Positions 1-9,068 of a DNA stretch of 39,532 nucleotides are shown here, one piece after another (the first letter of the stretch is position 1; every line of letters begins with the position of its first letter). Both the position numbers and the translations under genes were made by a program. This DNA is from a virus, in the UHGV virus genome UHGV-1361184, one strand, 5' to 3'. The notes beneath the pieces were generated by a model. The model did no database searches. It saw nothing but the letters and a program-made list of their open reading frames with translations, and had not been told where the DNA came from.

Positions 1-424
1 AAATAGCTATTTCATGGTCAGACTCAATTTGCTTTGCGAGAGCTTCAGCTGCTGCCTTAGCTTCTTCTTCGGCTTTAATCCGTGCCTGTTCCTCCTCATA
101 ATCAGTAAGAGGCTGGCGCGCCTTGGCTTTCAGTTCATCAAGGCGATCGCGCACTGTCTTGCGGTTGGCATCAATTAGCTTTGGAATTTCCTTCAGTTCA
201 GCAACAAGGTCTTTGCCAAGACCATCGAGATATGTTTTCGTCTGCGCAACTTTATACGCCAGAGAAGCGATCTCCTTTCTGCCCTTTGCCGTTGTGATAT
301 CAGGCACAAAGGACATAACTTCACGTTCAACCTTTTGAAGGATTTCTTCAATCTGGTCGGCAGACTGAAATACAGTCATTGCATTTGCTTTTTCAATAAC
401 AACTAAGTCTGTTACTTCACTCAT
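1..424 (-). CDS. 5' portion (about 141 codons) of an early-left-operon protein; ORF runs off the window start
   Basis: ATG at 424..422 behind a GGAGG RBS (429-433 complement); open frame to position 2 with no stop; begins MSEVTDLVVIEKANAM; in-frame with 38988..39530 if the ends are joined. Confidence 0.5.
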   Translation of the reverse strand, partial: MSEVTDLVVIEKANAMTVFQSADQIEEILQKVEREVMSFVPDITTAKGRKEIASLAYKVAQTKTYLDGLGKDLVAELKEIPKLIDANRKTVRDRLDELKAKARQPLTDYEEEQARIKAEEEAKAAAEALAKQIESDHEIAI

Positions 425-436
425 ATATCCTCCATC

Positions 437-464
437 AAAAAAAATTGCCCTCACATAGGAGGGC
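437..464 (-). terminator. Intrinsic terminator (tL-like) between early-left genes
   Basis: 6-bp GC stem GCCCTC/GAGGGC (447-452/459-464) with 6-nt loop, followed on the minus strand by a T-run (plus-strand A8 at 437-444). Confidence 0.5.
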
Positions 465-600
465 AAAGAAGATTTCCAATAATCAGAACAAGTCGGCTCC
501 TGTTTAGTTACGAGCGACATTGCTCCGTGTATTCACTCGTTGGAATGAATACACAGTGCAGTGTTTATTCTGTTGTTTGTGCCAAAAATAAAGGCCACCA

Positions 601-918
601 TCAGGCAGCCTTGTTGTAAATGTTGCAGGTATCAAGTAAGTAATTAGATGGAGCGCCATAAATTATGAATTCATCGTTTGTCGGGTCCATCTCCATCTCT
701 TGGCCTATTGCCATTCTTGCGTCAGTGTCGTCAGCGGCGAAGCATAAAACAGCCCACGCACCCATTGTTTTAAAAAGAACTGCAATTGGCTGTGGTTTTA
801 CTGAATTTGCGTTAGCGCGAAAATCACAAATCGCACTTTCATGAAACTCCATATCCCACCTCAAATAAGTGGTTTGCTGCCAAAACAATGAACCATCCGG
901 AAATTCCAGATAGTTCAT
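601..918 (-). CDS. Hypothetical early-left protein (105 aa)
   Basis: ORF start overlaps the upstream stop (translational coupling); no motif recognised. Confidence 0.5.
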   Translation of the reverse strand: MNYLEFPDGSLFWQQTTYLRWDMEFHESAICDFRANANSVKPQPIAVLFKTMGAWAVLCFAADDTDARMAIGQEMEMDPTNDEFIIYGAPSNYLLDTCNIYNKAA

Positions 919-1142
919 AATTCACTCTTCAATACTTCCAACTTACTAATCGCCGATAGATATCCGCGCTGATAGGGCATCATCATTCCTTCGAGCTTGC
1001 CACTTCTTAACTCCTCCCTGAGCAATTGTATTGCTTGATCAATAACCTCTGCCTTAGCGTCCTTTATGGCTTGCTTTCGGGGCTTTGCTTTCTGCTTTGA
1101 CAGATTTCTCAAGCATGATGGAATGTATGTCTGATTCATCAC
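915..1142 (-). CDS. Hypothetical early-left protein (75 aa)
   Basis: ORF directly downstream of the N-like gene, same strand, tightly packed. Confidence 0.5.
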   Translation of the reverse strand: MMNQTYIPSCLRNLSKQKAKPRKQAIKDAKAEVIDQAIQLLREELRSGKLEGMMMPYQRGYLSAISKLEVLKSEL

Positions 1143-1526
1143 TTACCTCGCTGTAACCTGCTTACTTGTACGATGACCAGCTGCGAAAAGCGCAACTTTT
1201 GGCAGGCAGACACCAGTTTCTGGTTGCTTATGTCCAAACTCATTCGCGTACACAATGGCCGCTCTCTCCAGATTGCGTCTGTATTCTTTCTGTTGCCAGA
1301 TCACGTCCTGTGCCATGAACTTAATTGGCTTAGCGTCTTCTATGCGCTCAGGCGTTTCGTGAGTACCTTTAGCCTGAATCTGCGCTCTGCTTAGAGTAGG
1401 GCGGTGTAATACTTCTGAACTTATTGCTTCTTCGCGGGCCAGCACGCCGTTAGCTAATGCCTTTGCCTTTAAACGCTCACGACGACGAGAACGTGAATTG
1501 CCTTTGAACTGAGTTCTGCGTGTCAT
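1143..1526 (-). CDS. N: N-family transcription antiterminator (P22 gp24-like)
   Basis: Arg-rich motif GNSRSRRRERLKAK near N-terminus; C-terminus ...LPKVALFAAGHRTSKQVTAR resembles P22 gp24 as I recall it; GGAGG RBS; first gene downstream of PL. Confidence 0.65.
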   Translation of the reverse strand: MTRRTQFKGNSRSRRRERLKAKALANGVLAREEAISSEVLHRPTLSRAQIQAKGTHETPERIEDAKPIKFMAQDVIWQQKEYRRNLERAAIVYANEFGHKQPETGVCLPKVALFAAGHRTSKQVTAR

Positions 1527-1691
1527 ATAGACCTCCTGATGAACTTTGGTGGTGTGGTAGGTGGGAGACCCATTTCGACCTGTTTCGGCCTACTTCAATT
1601 CGGCAATAGTCCCGCAGGCCTCGCCGCTTTACGTGCGACATATTCCCGTCCATGAACCCTTCACCACACCCCAAAGTTCACTTTGGTTATT

Positions 1692-1706
1692 GCGCTTTGT
1701 CAGCGC
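1692..1706 (-). promoter_or_regulatory. nutL boxB-like hairpin (P22 type)
   Basis: GCGCTGACAAAGCGC on the transcribed strand (stem GCGC, loop TGACAAA) between PL and the N-like gene; same loop as the nutR candidate. Confidence 0.5.
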
Positions 1707-1774
1707 CGTAGATTCATATTTGAATCGTTGTATATTCACCGCCCTGGTGAGTAGTGCGTCCTGCTGATGTGTTT

Positions 1775-1803
1775 AGTATCACCGCCAGTGGTATTTATGT
1801 CAA
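1775..1803 (-). promoter_or_regulatory. PL promoter
   Basis: Minus-strand -35 TTGACA (1798-1803) and -10 GATACT (1775-1780), 17-bp spacer, overlapping OL1/OL2. Confidence 0.75.
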
Positions 1804-1837
1804 CACCGCTAGAGATAATTCATCACCGCAGATGGTT
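1777..1837. promoter_or_regulatory. OL operators (OL1, OL2, OL3) for lambda-type cI
   Basis: Three 17-bp sites TATCACCGCCAGTGGTA (1777-1793), CAACACCGCTAGAGATA (1801-1817), CATCACCGCAGATGGTT (1821-1837). Confidence 0.85.
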
Positions 1838-1922
1838 ATCTGTATGTTTTTTATATGAATTTATTTTTTGCAGGGGTGCATTGTTTGGTAGGTGAGAGAT
1901 CTGAACTGCTATGTTTAGTGAG

Positions 1923-1952
1923 TTGTATCTATTTATTTTCAAATAGATACAA
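1923..1952. repeat. Perfect 12-bp inverted repeat with 6-nt spacer
   Basis: TTGTATCTATTT-ATTTTC-AAATAGATACAA read directly; AT-rich; between OL and the terminator of the cI-distal ORF. Confidence 0.6.
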
Positions 1953-1988
1953 TTGGTTATGTGTTCTTGGGTGAGGGGGATCGTGAGG

Positions 1989-2014
1989 CAAAGAAAACCC
2001 GGCTCTGTGGCCGG
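1989..2014 (-). terminator. Intrinsic terminator ending the cI-side operon (tIMM-like position)
   Basis: Minus-strand hairpin CCGGC-CACAGA-GCCGG followed by TTTTCTTTG, immediately after the stop at 2015-2017. Confidence 0.55.
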
Positions 2015-2393
2015 TTAGGAATCAAGGTCAGGTAGCATGATTTTCTCAATCAACGTCAATGCCCTTTGGTCTCGTTCAGCAAAATATTTAGGAGCGTACT
2101 GAGGCAGCCACACTTCGTTGAAGTATTGTTTGAAATCTGCAATATTCGTTTGGGTATAGACGTACCGGGAATGTCCGGCCATCTGGGTACTCATGGTTAT
2201 ATGTTGGGAATGTCTTCGGCTCAACCCCCCGGTTGTCACGGAGCCATTGCGAGAAAACCCTACCCTCTGAAATATCAGGGACCATTTTTTCTGGCAGCGT
2301 ATATCCGGCCTGTTCAAGTGGCGCAACCAAGTTAAACGTCAGTTCATTAAGCATAGAAAAGTGCGTATGAGGAACTCTGCCTCGGTTTGTCAT
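2015..2393 (-). pseudogene. Disrupted ORF downstream of KilA-N gene (two overlapping frames, 2088..2393 and 2015..2326)
   Basis: N-terminal frame (MTNRGRV...YPDGRTFPVRLYPNEY) and C-terminal frame (...NIADFKQYFNEVWLPQYAPKYFAERDQRALTLIEKIMLPDLDS) both look protein-like; terminator follows the second frame's stop; first frame is in-phase with the KilA-N ORF. Confidence 0.3.
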
Positions 2394-2432
2394 ATACCGC
2401 TTAAGGTGGATAGGGAGTTCGGCAGGCGCTCT

Positions 2433-2774
2433 TTAACCTGACATCCACTCACGCACCCATCTCGATACTTGCACTGCAAATTTTGGAGATAGCCACTGAG
2501 CTAAATTAATTGCGATGTCTGGATGAACCCAAGTCCCTTGATTCTCTGCTCTTCCGCCTTTAAATGATTGAATTAACTCCGATATGGGAATCCCCATATC
2601 GCGTGATAATTCATCAAAAAAATCTTGTGTTGTTTTTAGTCGTGTATAGTCAGCAAGTAGCTTCCCCGCAGACTTGCACATCGCGGTGGCATTGATGTAT
2701 CCGTCTTTGGTGCGAAGATGGATGACTTCTCCATCAACTTCTCTAGCGATTAATGCAAGTTGAAATTGTGTCAT
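2433..2774 (-). CDS. KilA-N domain protein, co-oriented with and directly downstream of cI
   Basis: Motifs GYINATAMCKSAGK and GTWVHPDIAINLAQWLSPKFAVQV typical of KilA-N domains as I recall them. Confidence 0.6.
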   Translation of the reverse strand: MTQFQLALIAREVDGEVIHLRTKDGYINATAMCKSAGKLLADYTRLKTTQDFFDELSRDMGIPISELIQSFKGGRAENQGTWVHPDIAINLAQWLSPKFAVQVSRWVREWMSG

Positions 2775-2805
2775 AAATCATCCTATTACGTGAAAAATAA
2801 AACAA

Positions 2806-3522
<717 letters not shown>

Positions 3523-3529
3523 TTAAATC

Positions 3530-3593
3530 TATCACCGCAAGGGATAAACTTCTAACACCGTGCGTGTTGACTATTTTACCTCTAGCGGTGATA
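3530..3593. promoter_or_regulatory. OR operators OR3-OR2-OR1 with PRM
   Basis: TATCACCGCAAGGGATA (3530-3546), TAACACCGTGCGTGTTG (3553-3569), TACCTCTAGCGGTGATA (3577-3593); PRM -10 TAGATT on minus strand at 3526-3531. Confidence 0.9.
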
Positions 3594-3595
3594 AT
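3567..3595 (+). promoter_or_regulatory. PR promoter
   Basis: -35 TTGACT (3567-3572) and -10 GATAAT (3590-3595) with 17-bp spacer, overlapping OR2/OR1, upstream of cro. Confidence 0.85.
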
Positions 3596-3619
3596 GGTTG
3601 CCTGTACTAAGGAGGTTGT

Positions 3620-3820
3620 ATGGAACAACGCATAACCCTGAAAGATTATGCAATACGCTTTGGGCAAACCAAGACGGCTAAAGATCTCGGCGTATATCAA
3701 AGCGCGATTAACAAGGCCATTCATGCAGGCCGAAAGATTTTTTTAACTATAAACGCTGATGGAAGCGTTTATGCGGAAGAAATAAAGCCCTTCCCAAGTA
3801 ACAAAAAAACAACTGCATAA
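3620..3820 (+). CDS. cro: Cro repressor (66 aa)
   Basis: [66 protein letters not shown], lambda Cro with about two substitutions as recalled; GGAGG RBS. Confidence 0.95.
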   Translation: MEQRITLKDYAIRFGQTKTAKDLGVYQSAINKAIHAGRKIFLTINADGSVYAEEIKPFPSNKKTTA

Positions 3821-3827
3821 GTAACAC

Positions 3828-3873
3828 CGCTCTTTTCACAATGGACATTCGTCCTACGTCGCTGACAAAGCGA
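3828..3873 (+). promoter_or_regulatory. nutR (boxA plus P22-type boxB)
   Basis: boxA-like CGCTCTTTT (3828-3836) and hairpin TCGCTGACAAAGCGA (3859-3873) just downstream of cro. Confidence 0.6.
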
Positions 3874-3957
3874 GCCCCAAGATATCTGACCAACTAAGGC
3901 CATATGTGTTTCCACGCATACCTTTCAACTAACTATTCACTATTGGAAAATTAACAA

Positions 3958-4254
3958 ATGACACAAGCAAGTTACAGCAAGCCAACACAGCGAGAAATTG
4001 ATCGCGCAGAAACAGATTTACTCATCAACCTGTCAACGCTTACCCAGCGCGGTCTGGCAAAGATGATTGGCTGTCATGAATCGAAGATAAGCAGAACGGA
4101 CTGGAGGTTTATTGCTTCGGTCTTGTGTGCTTTAGGAATGGCATCAGACATCAGTCCGATTAGCAGGGCTTTTAAGTATGCGCTTGATGAAATCACAAAG
4201 AAAAAATCCCCGGCCGCCACCGAGGATTTTAAGCAAATTGATATGCAATTCTGA
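3958..4254 (+). CDS. cII: CII-family transcriptional activator (98 aa)
   Basis: Position after cro/nutR; HTH segment ...GCHESKISRTDW...; C-terminus KKKSPAATEDFKQIDMQF parallels lambda CII ...NKKRPAATERSEQIQMEF. Confidence 0.7.
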   Translation: MTQASYSKPTQREIDRAETDLLINLSTLTQRGLAKMIGCHESKISRTDWRFIASVLCALGMASDISPISRAFKYALDEITKKKSPAATEDFKQIDMQF

Positions 4255-4286
4255 GGTAATTACTGGATCAATCCACAGGAGTCATT

Positions 4287-4448
4287 ATGACAAAACGTCG
4301 TAAGAAATACCAGGAAAAAGAAGAGATTCGACACCCTGATTCACCTGAGGGATTAGTGGTAGCCGCAGCAAATAACAGGGCGTTCGCAGAGCGCCTTGTT
4401 GGTGTTTACAGACTAGCCAAAGCAGGAGTGAAACATGGGCGTCGTTAA
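4287..4448 (+). CDS. Small basic ORF (53 aa) between cII-like and O-like genes
   Basis: ATG with AGGAG RBS (4277-4281); stop overlaps the O-like start; below the 60-aa cutoff of the ORF track. Confidence 0.35.
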   Translation: MTKRRKKYQEKEEIRHPDSPEGLVVAAANNRAFAERLVGVYRLAKAGVKHGRR

Positions 4449-5325
4449 GTTAGCTGATTACAGGCATAACCCTGTACAACATCAGGAGGCATCCAGTATG
4501 GGGTATGTCTCTATACACCGCCAGTTTATGGACAGCAGGCTCTATAAGGACTCTCAGGCAGTACATCTTTGGCTTCACTTAATCCTCAAGGCTAATCACG
4601 AATCTACTGTCGTCAATACGGATATCGGTCCGATAACTGTTGATCGCGGTCAGATGATAACTGGACGCCCGTCGCTGGTCAGAGAAACATTCATCCCCGA
4701 CAACAAAGTTCGGAGCTTATTACGGACTTTTGAGTCGAAAGGGATGCTTAATATTTGCTCGATGGGGAAGAAATTTAGCCTGTTTACAATCGTTAAATAT
4801 GACGATTTTCAGGCAAAAAATTGTCCAACGGTTGTCCAACGGTTGTCCAACGCAAACACCAGTAATGGCGCGGCTCTCAGCGGAGATTGTCCAACGGTTG
4901 TCCAACGGTTGTCCATAAACAATAATATAAATAATATCTCTAATACTGACGTATTAGAGAGTACCGCAGCAGACAAAAAGTCTGACAAGAAAAAACCTTC
5001 CGTTAGCTGTCAGGATGTTGTCGATGCTTACCACGAAATCCTTCCTGAAGCGCCAAAAATCCGCGCACTGAATGACAAGCGTAAAAACCAGATCCGAACG
5101 TTCTGGCGCAAAGCCGGAGTGATAACCCGCCAGCTCGACGGGCATGGGTTCACGATGCAGGACTGGAGAAATTATTTGAGCTACGTAGGCGAAAATTGCC
5201 GATGGATGTTCGAAGAGCGCCCAAACCATCAGCGCGGAACCGTCTGGCACAAAAAGGGATTTGATTTCCTGCTTAACGATAATACCTACCTGAAAGTTCG
5301 TGAGGGTGAACACGATGACCGATAA
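4435..5325 (+). CDS. Replication initiator, lambda O-like architecture (296 aa)
   Basis: Strong AGGAG RBS; iteron array embedded in the coding sequence; followed by helicase gene. Confidence 0.7.
   Translation: MGVVKLADYRHNPVQHQEASSMGYVSIHRQFMDSRLYKDSQAVHLWLHLILKANHESTVVNTDIGPITVDRGQMITGRPSLVRETFIPDNKVRSLLRTFESKGMLNICSMGKKFSLFTIVKYDDFQAKNCPTVVQRLSNANTSNGAALSGDCPTVVQRLSINNNINNISNTDVLESTAADKKSDKKKPSVSCQDVVDAYHEILPEAPKIRALNDKRKNQIRTFWRKAGVITRQLDGHGFTMQDWRNYLSYVGENCRWMFEERPNHQRGTVWHKKGFDFLLNDNTYLKVREGEHDDR
4821..4917. repeat. Replication origin iterons (two clusters of 11-bp direct repeats TTGTCCAACGG) plus flanking AT-rich tract
   Basis: TTGTCCAACGG x3 at 4821-4853 and x2 plus a variant at 4888-4917, followed by AT-rich ATAAACAATAATATAAATAATAT. 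Confidence 0.75.
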
Positions 5326-6751
5326 TTTTTATGCGCCGCCCCATAGCATCGAGGCAGAGCAGGCGGTGATTGGTGGATTGCTTCTGGATGATGACAGCAG
5401 TGAGCGCGTCCAGAAAGTTCTGGCGATGCTGAAGCCTGACTCATTTTACTGCCGGCCACACAAAATCCTTTTCGAAGAAATAACCAGAATGCACCGGGAG
5501 CAAAAGCCAGTAGATGGCCTGACGCTTTTCGATGAACTGGAGCGTAAATCGTTAACGGCGTCTGTTGGCGGTTTTGCTTATATCGCTGAGATCGCAAAGA
5601 ACACGCCAAGCGCAGCAAACATCGTTGCCTATGCAATGCAGGTTCGTGAAACCGCAATGGAACGCTACGCCATCAACCGCATGACTGAAGCGACGGAATT
5701 GCTCTATTCCCGCAATGGAATGACTGCAACGCAGAAGTACGAAGCTATTCAGGCGATTTTCACGCAACTGACAGACCATGCAAAAACCGGATCGCGTCGC
5801 GGCCTTCGCTCATTTGGTGAGGTCATGGAAGACTGGGTTAGCGACCTTGAGAAGCGATTTGACCCGTCAGGTGAACAACGAGGAATGAGCACAGGAATAC
5901 CATCGCTGGACAGGATGCTGTCACCGAAAGGTCTGGTGAAAGGCTCTCTGTTTGTCATTGGCGCTCGCCCTAAGATGGGGAAAACGACGCTATACAGCCA
6001 GATGGCAATCAACTGCGCAGTGCATGAGAAAAAGCCCGCTCTGATGTTCAGCCTTGAAATGCCAGGTGACCAGATACTGGAAAAACTGGTGGGGCAGAAG
6101 TCTGGTGTTAACCCGAATATTTTTTACCTTCCGGCGACAAATGACGCCGATGACGGCTATCAGGGTGATTACGATGGTGACTTCAACAGGGCGATCGAAA
6201 CAGCTAATCGTTTGAGTGAAATCGACCTGCTTTACATCGACGACACGCCGGGATTATCTCTGGCTCAAATCGTCAGCGAAAGCCGTCGAATCAAGCGAGA
6301 AAAAGGATGTGTTGGCATGATTCTGGTCGATTACCTGACACTAATGACCGCTGAAAAGGCCGATCGCAACGACCTTGCTTACGGCATGATCACCAAAGGA
6401 CTGAAGAACCTTGCCAAAGAGCTTGATTGCGTTGTTGTGCTTCTGACGCAGCTTAACCGCGCACTGGAAAGCCGAACAAATAAACGCCCATTACCAAGTG
6501 ACTCGCGCGATACAGGGCAGATTGAACAGGATTGCGATTATTGGGTGGGGATCCATCGTGAAGGTGCTTTTGATGACAGCGTTCCTCCTGGTGAAACCGA
6601 ACTAATCCTTCGTCTCAATCGTCATGGCAATACCGGCACGGTGTATTGCATTCAGGCAAATGGAGCTATTTATGACACAGACCAACAGTCTGCTGAAATG
6701 CGCCGCCGTGAACGCGAGGAACCGCAGTCCAAGAAGAAAGGAGGATTCTGA
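5315..6751 (+). CDS. DnaB-family replicative helicase
   Basis: Walker A GARPKMGKTT; DnaB-like N-terminal region; ATG at 5315 with GAGGG RBS (track start 5300 is GTG). Confidence 0.85.
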   Translation: MTDNFYAPPHSIEAEQAVIGGLLLDDDSSERVQKVLAMLKPDSFYCRPHKILFEEITRMHREQKPVDGLTLFDELERKSLTASVGGFAYIAEIAKNTPSAANIVAYAMQVRETAMERYAINRMTEATELLYSRNGMTATQKYEAIQAIFTQLTDHAKTGSRRGLRSFGEVMEDWVSDLEKRFDPSGEQRGMSTGIPSLDRMLSPKGLVKGSLFVIGARPKMGKTTLYSQMAINCAVHEKKPALMFSLEMPGDQILEKLVGQKSGVNPNIFYLPATNDADDGYQGDYDGDFNRAIETANRLSEIDLLYIDDTPGLSLAQIVSESRRIKREKGCVGMILVDYLTLMTAEKADRNDLAYGMITKGLKNLAKELDCVVVLLTQLNRALESRTNKRPLPSDSRDTGQIEQDCDYWVGIHREGAFDDSVPPGETELILRLNRHGNTGTVYCIQANGAIYDTDQQSAEMRRREREEPQSKKKGGF

Positions 6752-6837
6752 TGACCATCTACATCACTGAGCTTGTAACAGGCCTGCTGGTAATCGCAGG
6801 CCTTTTTATTTGGGGGAGAGGGAATTGGAGGCTTTAA
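6751..6837 (+). CDS. Small hydrophobic peptide (28 aa), candidate membrane peptide
   Basis: MTIYITELVTGLLVIAGLFIWGRGNWRL; AGGAGG RBS at 6738-6743; ATG overlaps helicase stop (TGATG). Confidence 0.4.
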   Translation: MTIYITELVTGLLVIAGLFIWGRGNWRL

Positions 6838-6840
6838 GAA

Positions 6841-7068
6841 ATGAGTTCGATGACTGAGCTTGTCCGCGCCGACTTTCAGGAGAACATTGGTCGTGCAAAG
6901 CGGTACTGGTCTGCTTCCAGACTTCCGACTGGCGAGAGACAGAAAAACGCCCCTAAGCCACGTATCTATCCGCGTGACCGCGTTCTTCGCCGGTTGGTTA
7001 AAATCGATAATGATTTTCAGTGTGACAGAATTATCCAGCAATTAGATTTGATGACTGATGATGAATGA
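6841..7068 (+). CDS. Hypothetical nin-region protein (75 aa)
   Basis: ORF with GGAGG RBS at 6826-6830; no motif recognised. Confidence 0.5.
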   Translation: MSSMTELVRADFQENIGRAKRYWSASRLPTGERQKNAPKPRIYPRDRVLRRLVKIDNDFQCDRIIQQLDLMTDDE

Positions 7069-7483
7069 TTTCATTCTGCACGAAACCAATAAATCACAAT
7101 TCTGGTTAGTTCTGAAACAAATCCTCTCTACCGGCAAACGCTGGCGAATCAAAATATCTGAGTACCGTGAGAAGCGTACATTGTCACAAAACAATCTGCT
7201 GTGGATGTGGAATGCAGAAATAGCCGCACAGTTATCTGCTGCTTCTGCTGAAAACTTCACGCCTGAAGAGGTTCATGAGTGGCTGAAAGATATATTTTGT
7301 CCGGCTAAAAGGGTGACGATTTTTAATATTACACGATGCGTTAAATCAACACGTCAGCTTGATATTGGAGATATGCACAAATATCTGACCGATATTGACC
7401 AGTGGGCGCATCAGAAGGGATTACGACTAACCATTCCTGATAATTGCGAGTACCGGGATCTAAAGGAGAGGCAAGTAGAGTGA
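7058..7483 (+). CDS. ninB: NinB-like protein
   Basis: Segment RTLSQNNLLWMWNAEIA resembles the NinB motif as recalled; position in nin region. Confidence 0.55.
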   Translation: MMNDFILHETNKSQFWLVLKQILSTGKRWRIKISEYREKRTLSQNNLLWMWNAEIAAQLSAASAENFTPEEVHEWLKDIFCPAKRVTIFNITRCVKSTRQLDIGDMHKYLTDIDQWAHQKGLRLTIPDNCEYRDLKERQVE

Positions 7484-8007
7484 CTATCAAATCAAATACG
7501 CCAGCACACGACAAGGACTGCTGGCAAACTCCGCTTTGGCTTTTTGATGCACTGGATATTGAGTTTGGATTCTGGCTGGATTCGGCAGCGAGCGACAAAA
7601 ATGCTCTGTGCGCTCACTGGTTAACTGAGGCCGACGACGCGCTAAATTCTGAGTGGATAAGCCACGGTGCAATCTGGAATAACCCACCGTACAGCAATAT
7701 CAGGCCGTGGGTGGAAAAAGCCGCTGAGCAGTGCATACAACAGCGACAGACGGTAGTGATGCTTGTGCCAGAGGATATGTCAGTCGGATGGTTCAGCAAG
7801 GCTCTGGAGAGTGTCGACGAAGTTCGTATTATCACTGATGGACGGATTAATTTTATCGAACCATCGACAGGGCTAGAGAAGAAGGGAAACAGCAAAGGTT
7901 CCATGCTGCTGATTTGGCGACCGTTCATCAGTCCTCGACGGATGTTTACTACCGTATCCAAATCGGCATTGATGGCGATCGGACAGGGCGCCAGGAGGGC
8001 GGCATGA
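7480..8007 (+). CDS. Phage N6-adenine DNA methyltransferase (Dam-type)
   Basis: NPPY motif (IWNNPPYSN); GTG start at 7480 with AAGGAGAG RBS, overlapping ninB stop (GTGA). Confidence 0.75.
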   Translation: MTIKSNTPAHDKDCWQTPLWLFDALDIEFGFWLDSAASDKNALCAHWLTEADDALNSEWISHGAIWNNPPYSNIRPWVEKAAEQCIQQRQTVVMLVPEDMSVGWFSKALESVDEVRIITDGRINFIEPSTGLEKKGNSKGSMLLIWRPFISPRRMFTTVSKSALMAIGQGARRAA

Positions 8008-8186
8008 GACGACAGCGACGAAGTATCACCGACATAATCTGCGAAAACTGCAAATACCTTCCAACGAAACGCTCCAGAAATAAACGCAAGCCAATCCCGA
8101 AAGAATCTGACGTAAAAACCTTCAACTACACGGCTCACCTGTGGGATATCCGGTGGCTTAGAGAACGTGCGAGGAAAACAAGGTGA
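8004..8186 (+). CDS. ninE: NinE (60 aa)
   Basis: [60 protein letters not shown], close to lambda NinE as recalled. Confidence 0.8.
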   Translation: MRRQRRSITDIICENCKYLPTKRSRNKRKPIPKESDVKTFNYTAHLWDIRWLRERARKTR

Positions 8187-8353
8187 TTGACCCAAATCGA
8201 AGTTACGAACAACAAAGCGTCGAGCGGGCTTTAACGTGCGCTAACTGCGGTCGGAAGCTGCATGTGCTGGAAGTTCACGTGTGTGAGCACTGCTGCGCAG
8301 AGCTGATGAGCGATCCGAATAGCTCAATGTACGAGGAAGAAGACGATGAATGA
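8183..8353 (+). CDS. ninF: NinF (56 aa)
   Basis: GTG start overlapping ninE stop; cysteine pattern [30 protein letters not shown] matches lambda NinF as recalled. Confidence 0.75.
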   Translation: MIDPNRSYEQQSVERALTCANCGRKLHVLEVHVCEHCCAELMSDPNSSMYEEEDDE

Positions 8354-9068
8354 GTTAATAAATGGCAATGCCATCAAAATGACAAGCATTGAAATCGCTG
8401 AGTTGGTTGGTAAGCGTCATGACAATGTGAAACGTACCATCGAAACGCTGGCTAAAAATGGTGTTATCCGGCTTCCTCAAATTGAGGTTTCCGAAAGAAT
8501 CAATAACTTAGGGTTCAATGTTCAGTACGAGCATTACGTTTTCGAAGGCGAACAAGGTAAGCGAGACAGTATTGTCGTTGTTGCCCAGTTGTCGCCGGGA
8601 TTCACCGCTCGCCTTGTTGACCGCTGGCGAGAGCTTGAAGAAGCTGCGGTTAATATCCCAAAAACGCTACCAGAAGCGTTGCGCCTTGCTGCTGATCTTG
8701 CTGAGCAGAAAATGCAACTGGAAAACCAGCTCGCAATTGCCGCACCTAAAGTTGAGTTTGCCGATCGCGTTGGCGAGGCCAGCGGAATTTTGATTGGAAA
8801 CTTTGCAAAGGTTGTCGGTATTGGTCCAAACAAACTGTTTGCGTGGATGCGCGATCACAAAATCCTTATTGCTTCAGGTTCCCGGCGCAATGTGCCAATG
8901 CAGGAATATATGGATCGCGGCTATTTCACAGTGAAAGAAACAGCGGTCAACACAAATCACGGAATACAGATATCGTTCACCACAAAAATCACCGGGCGTG
9001 GTCAACAGTGGCTGACCAGAAAGCTGCTCGATAACGGAATGCTGAAAGTAACAGGTGAGGCTGCTTAA
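8346..9068 (+). CDS. Phage antirepressor (ORF6N-type N-terminus with KilAC-like C-terminus)
   Basis: N-terminal MTSIEIAELVGKRHDNVKRTIETL typical of ORF6N/Rha-type regulators. Confidence 0.6.
   Translation: MNELINGNAIKMTSIEIAELVGKRHDNVKRTIETLAKNGVIRLPQIEVSERINNLGFNVQYEHYVFEGEQGKRDSIVVVAQLSPGFTARLVDRWRELEEAAVNIPKTLPEALRLAADLAEQKMQLENQLAIAAPKVEFADRVGEASGILIGNFAKVVGIGPNKLFAWMRDHKILIASGSRRNVPMQEYMDRGYFTVKETAVNTNHGIQISFTTKITGRGQQWLTRKLLDNGMLKVTGEAA

Noticed and set aside
7-9. Apparent TAG stop that would terminate the first minus-strand gene inside the window
   Set aside because: It arose from a one-base error in locating the start codon; with ATG at 424..422 the TAG is out of frame and the ORF runs off the window
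123-338. 71-aa plus-strand ORF at the window start
   Set aside because: Antisense to the minus-strand early gene 1..424, which has a proper RBS and tight packing
4720-4918. Short ORFs on both strands over the iteron region (4720..4905 minus, 4730..4918 plus)
   Set aside because: Generated by the repeated TTGTCCAACGG iterons inside the O-like gene
7614-8195. 193-aa minus-strand ORF overlapping the Dam-type methyltransferase and ninE
   Set aside because: Antisense to two well-supported plus-strand genes; no RBS; composition consistent with off-frame translation
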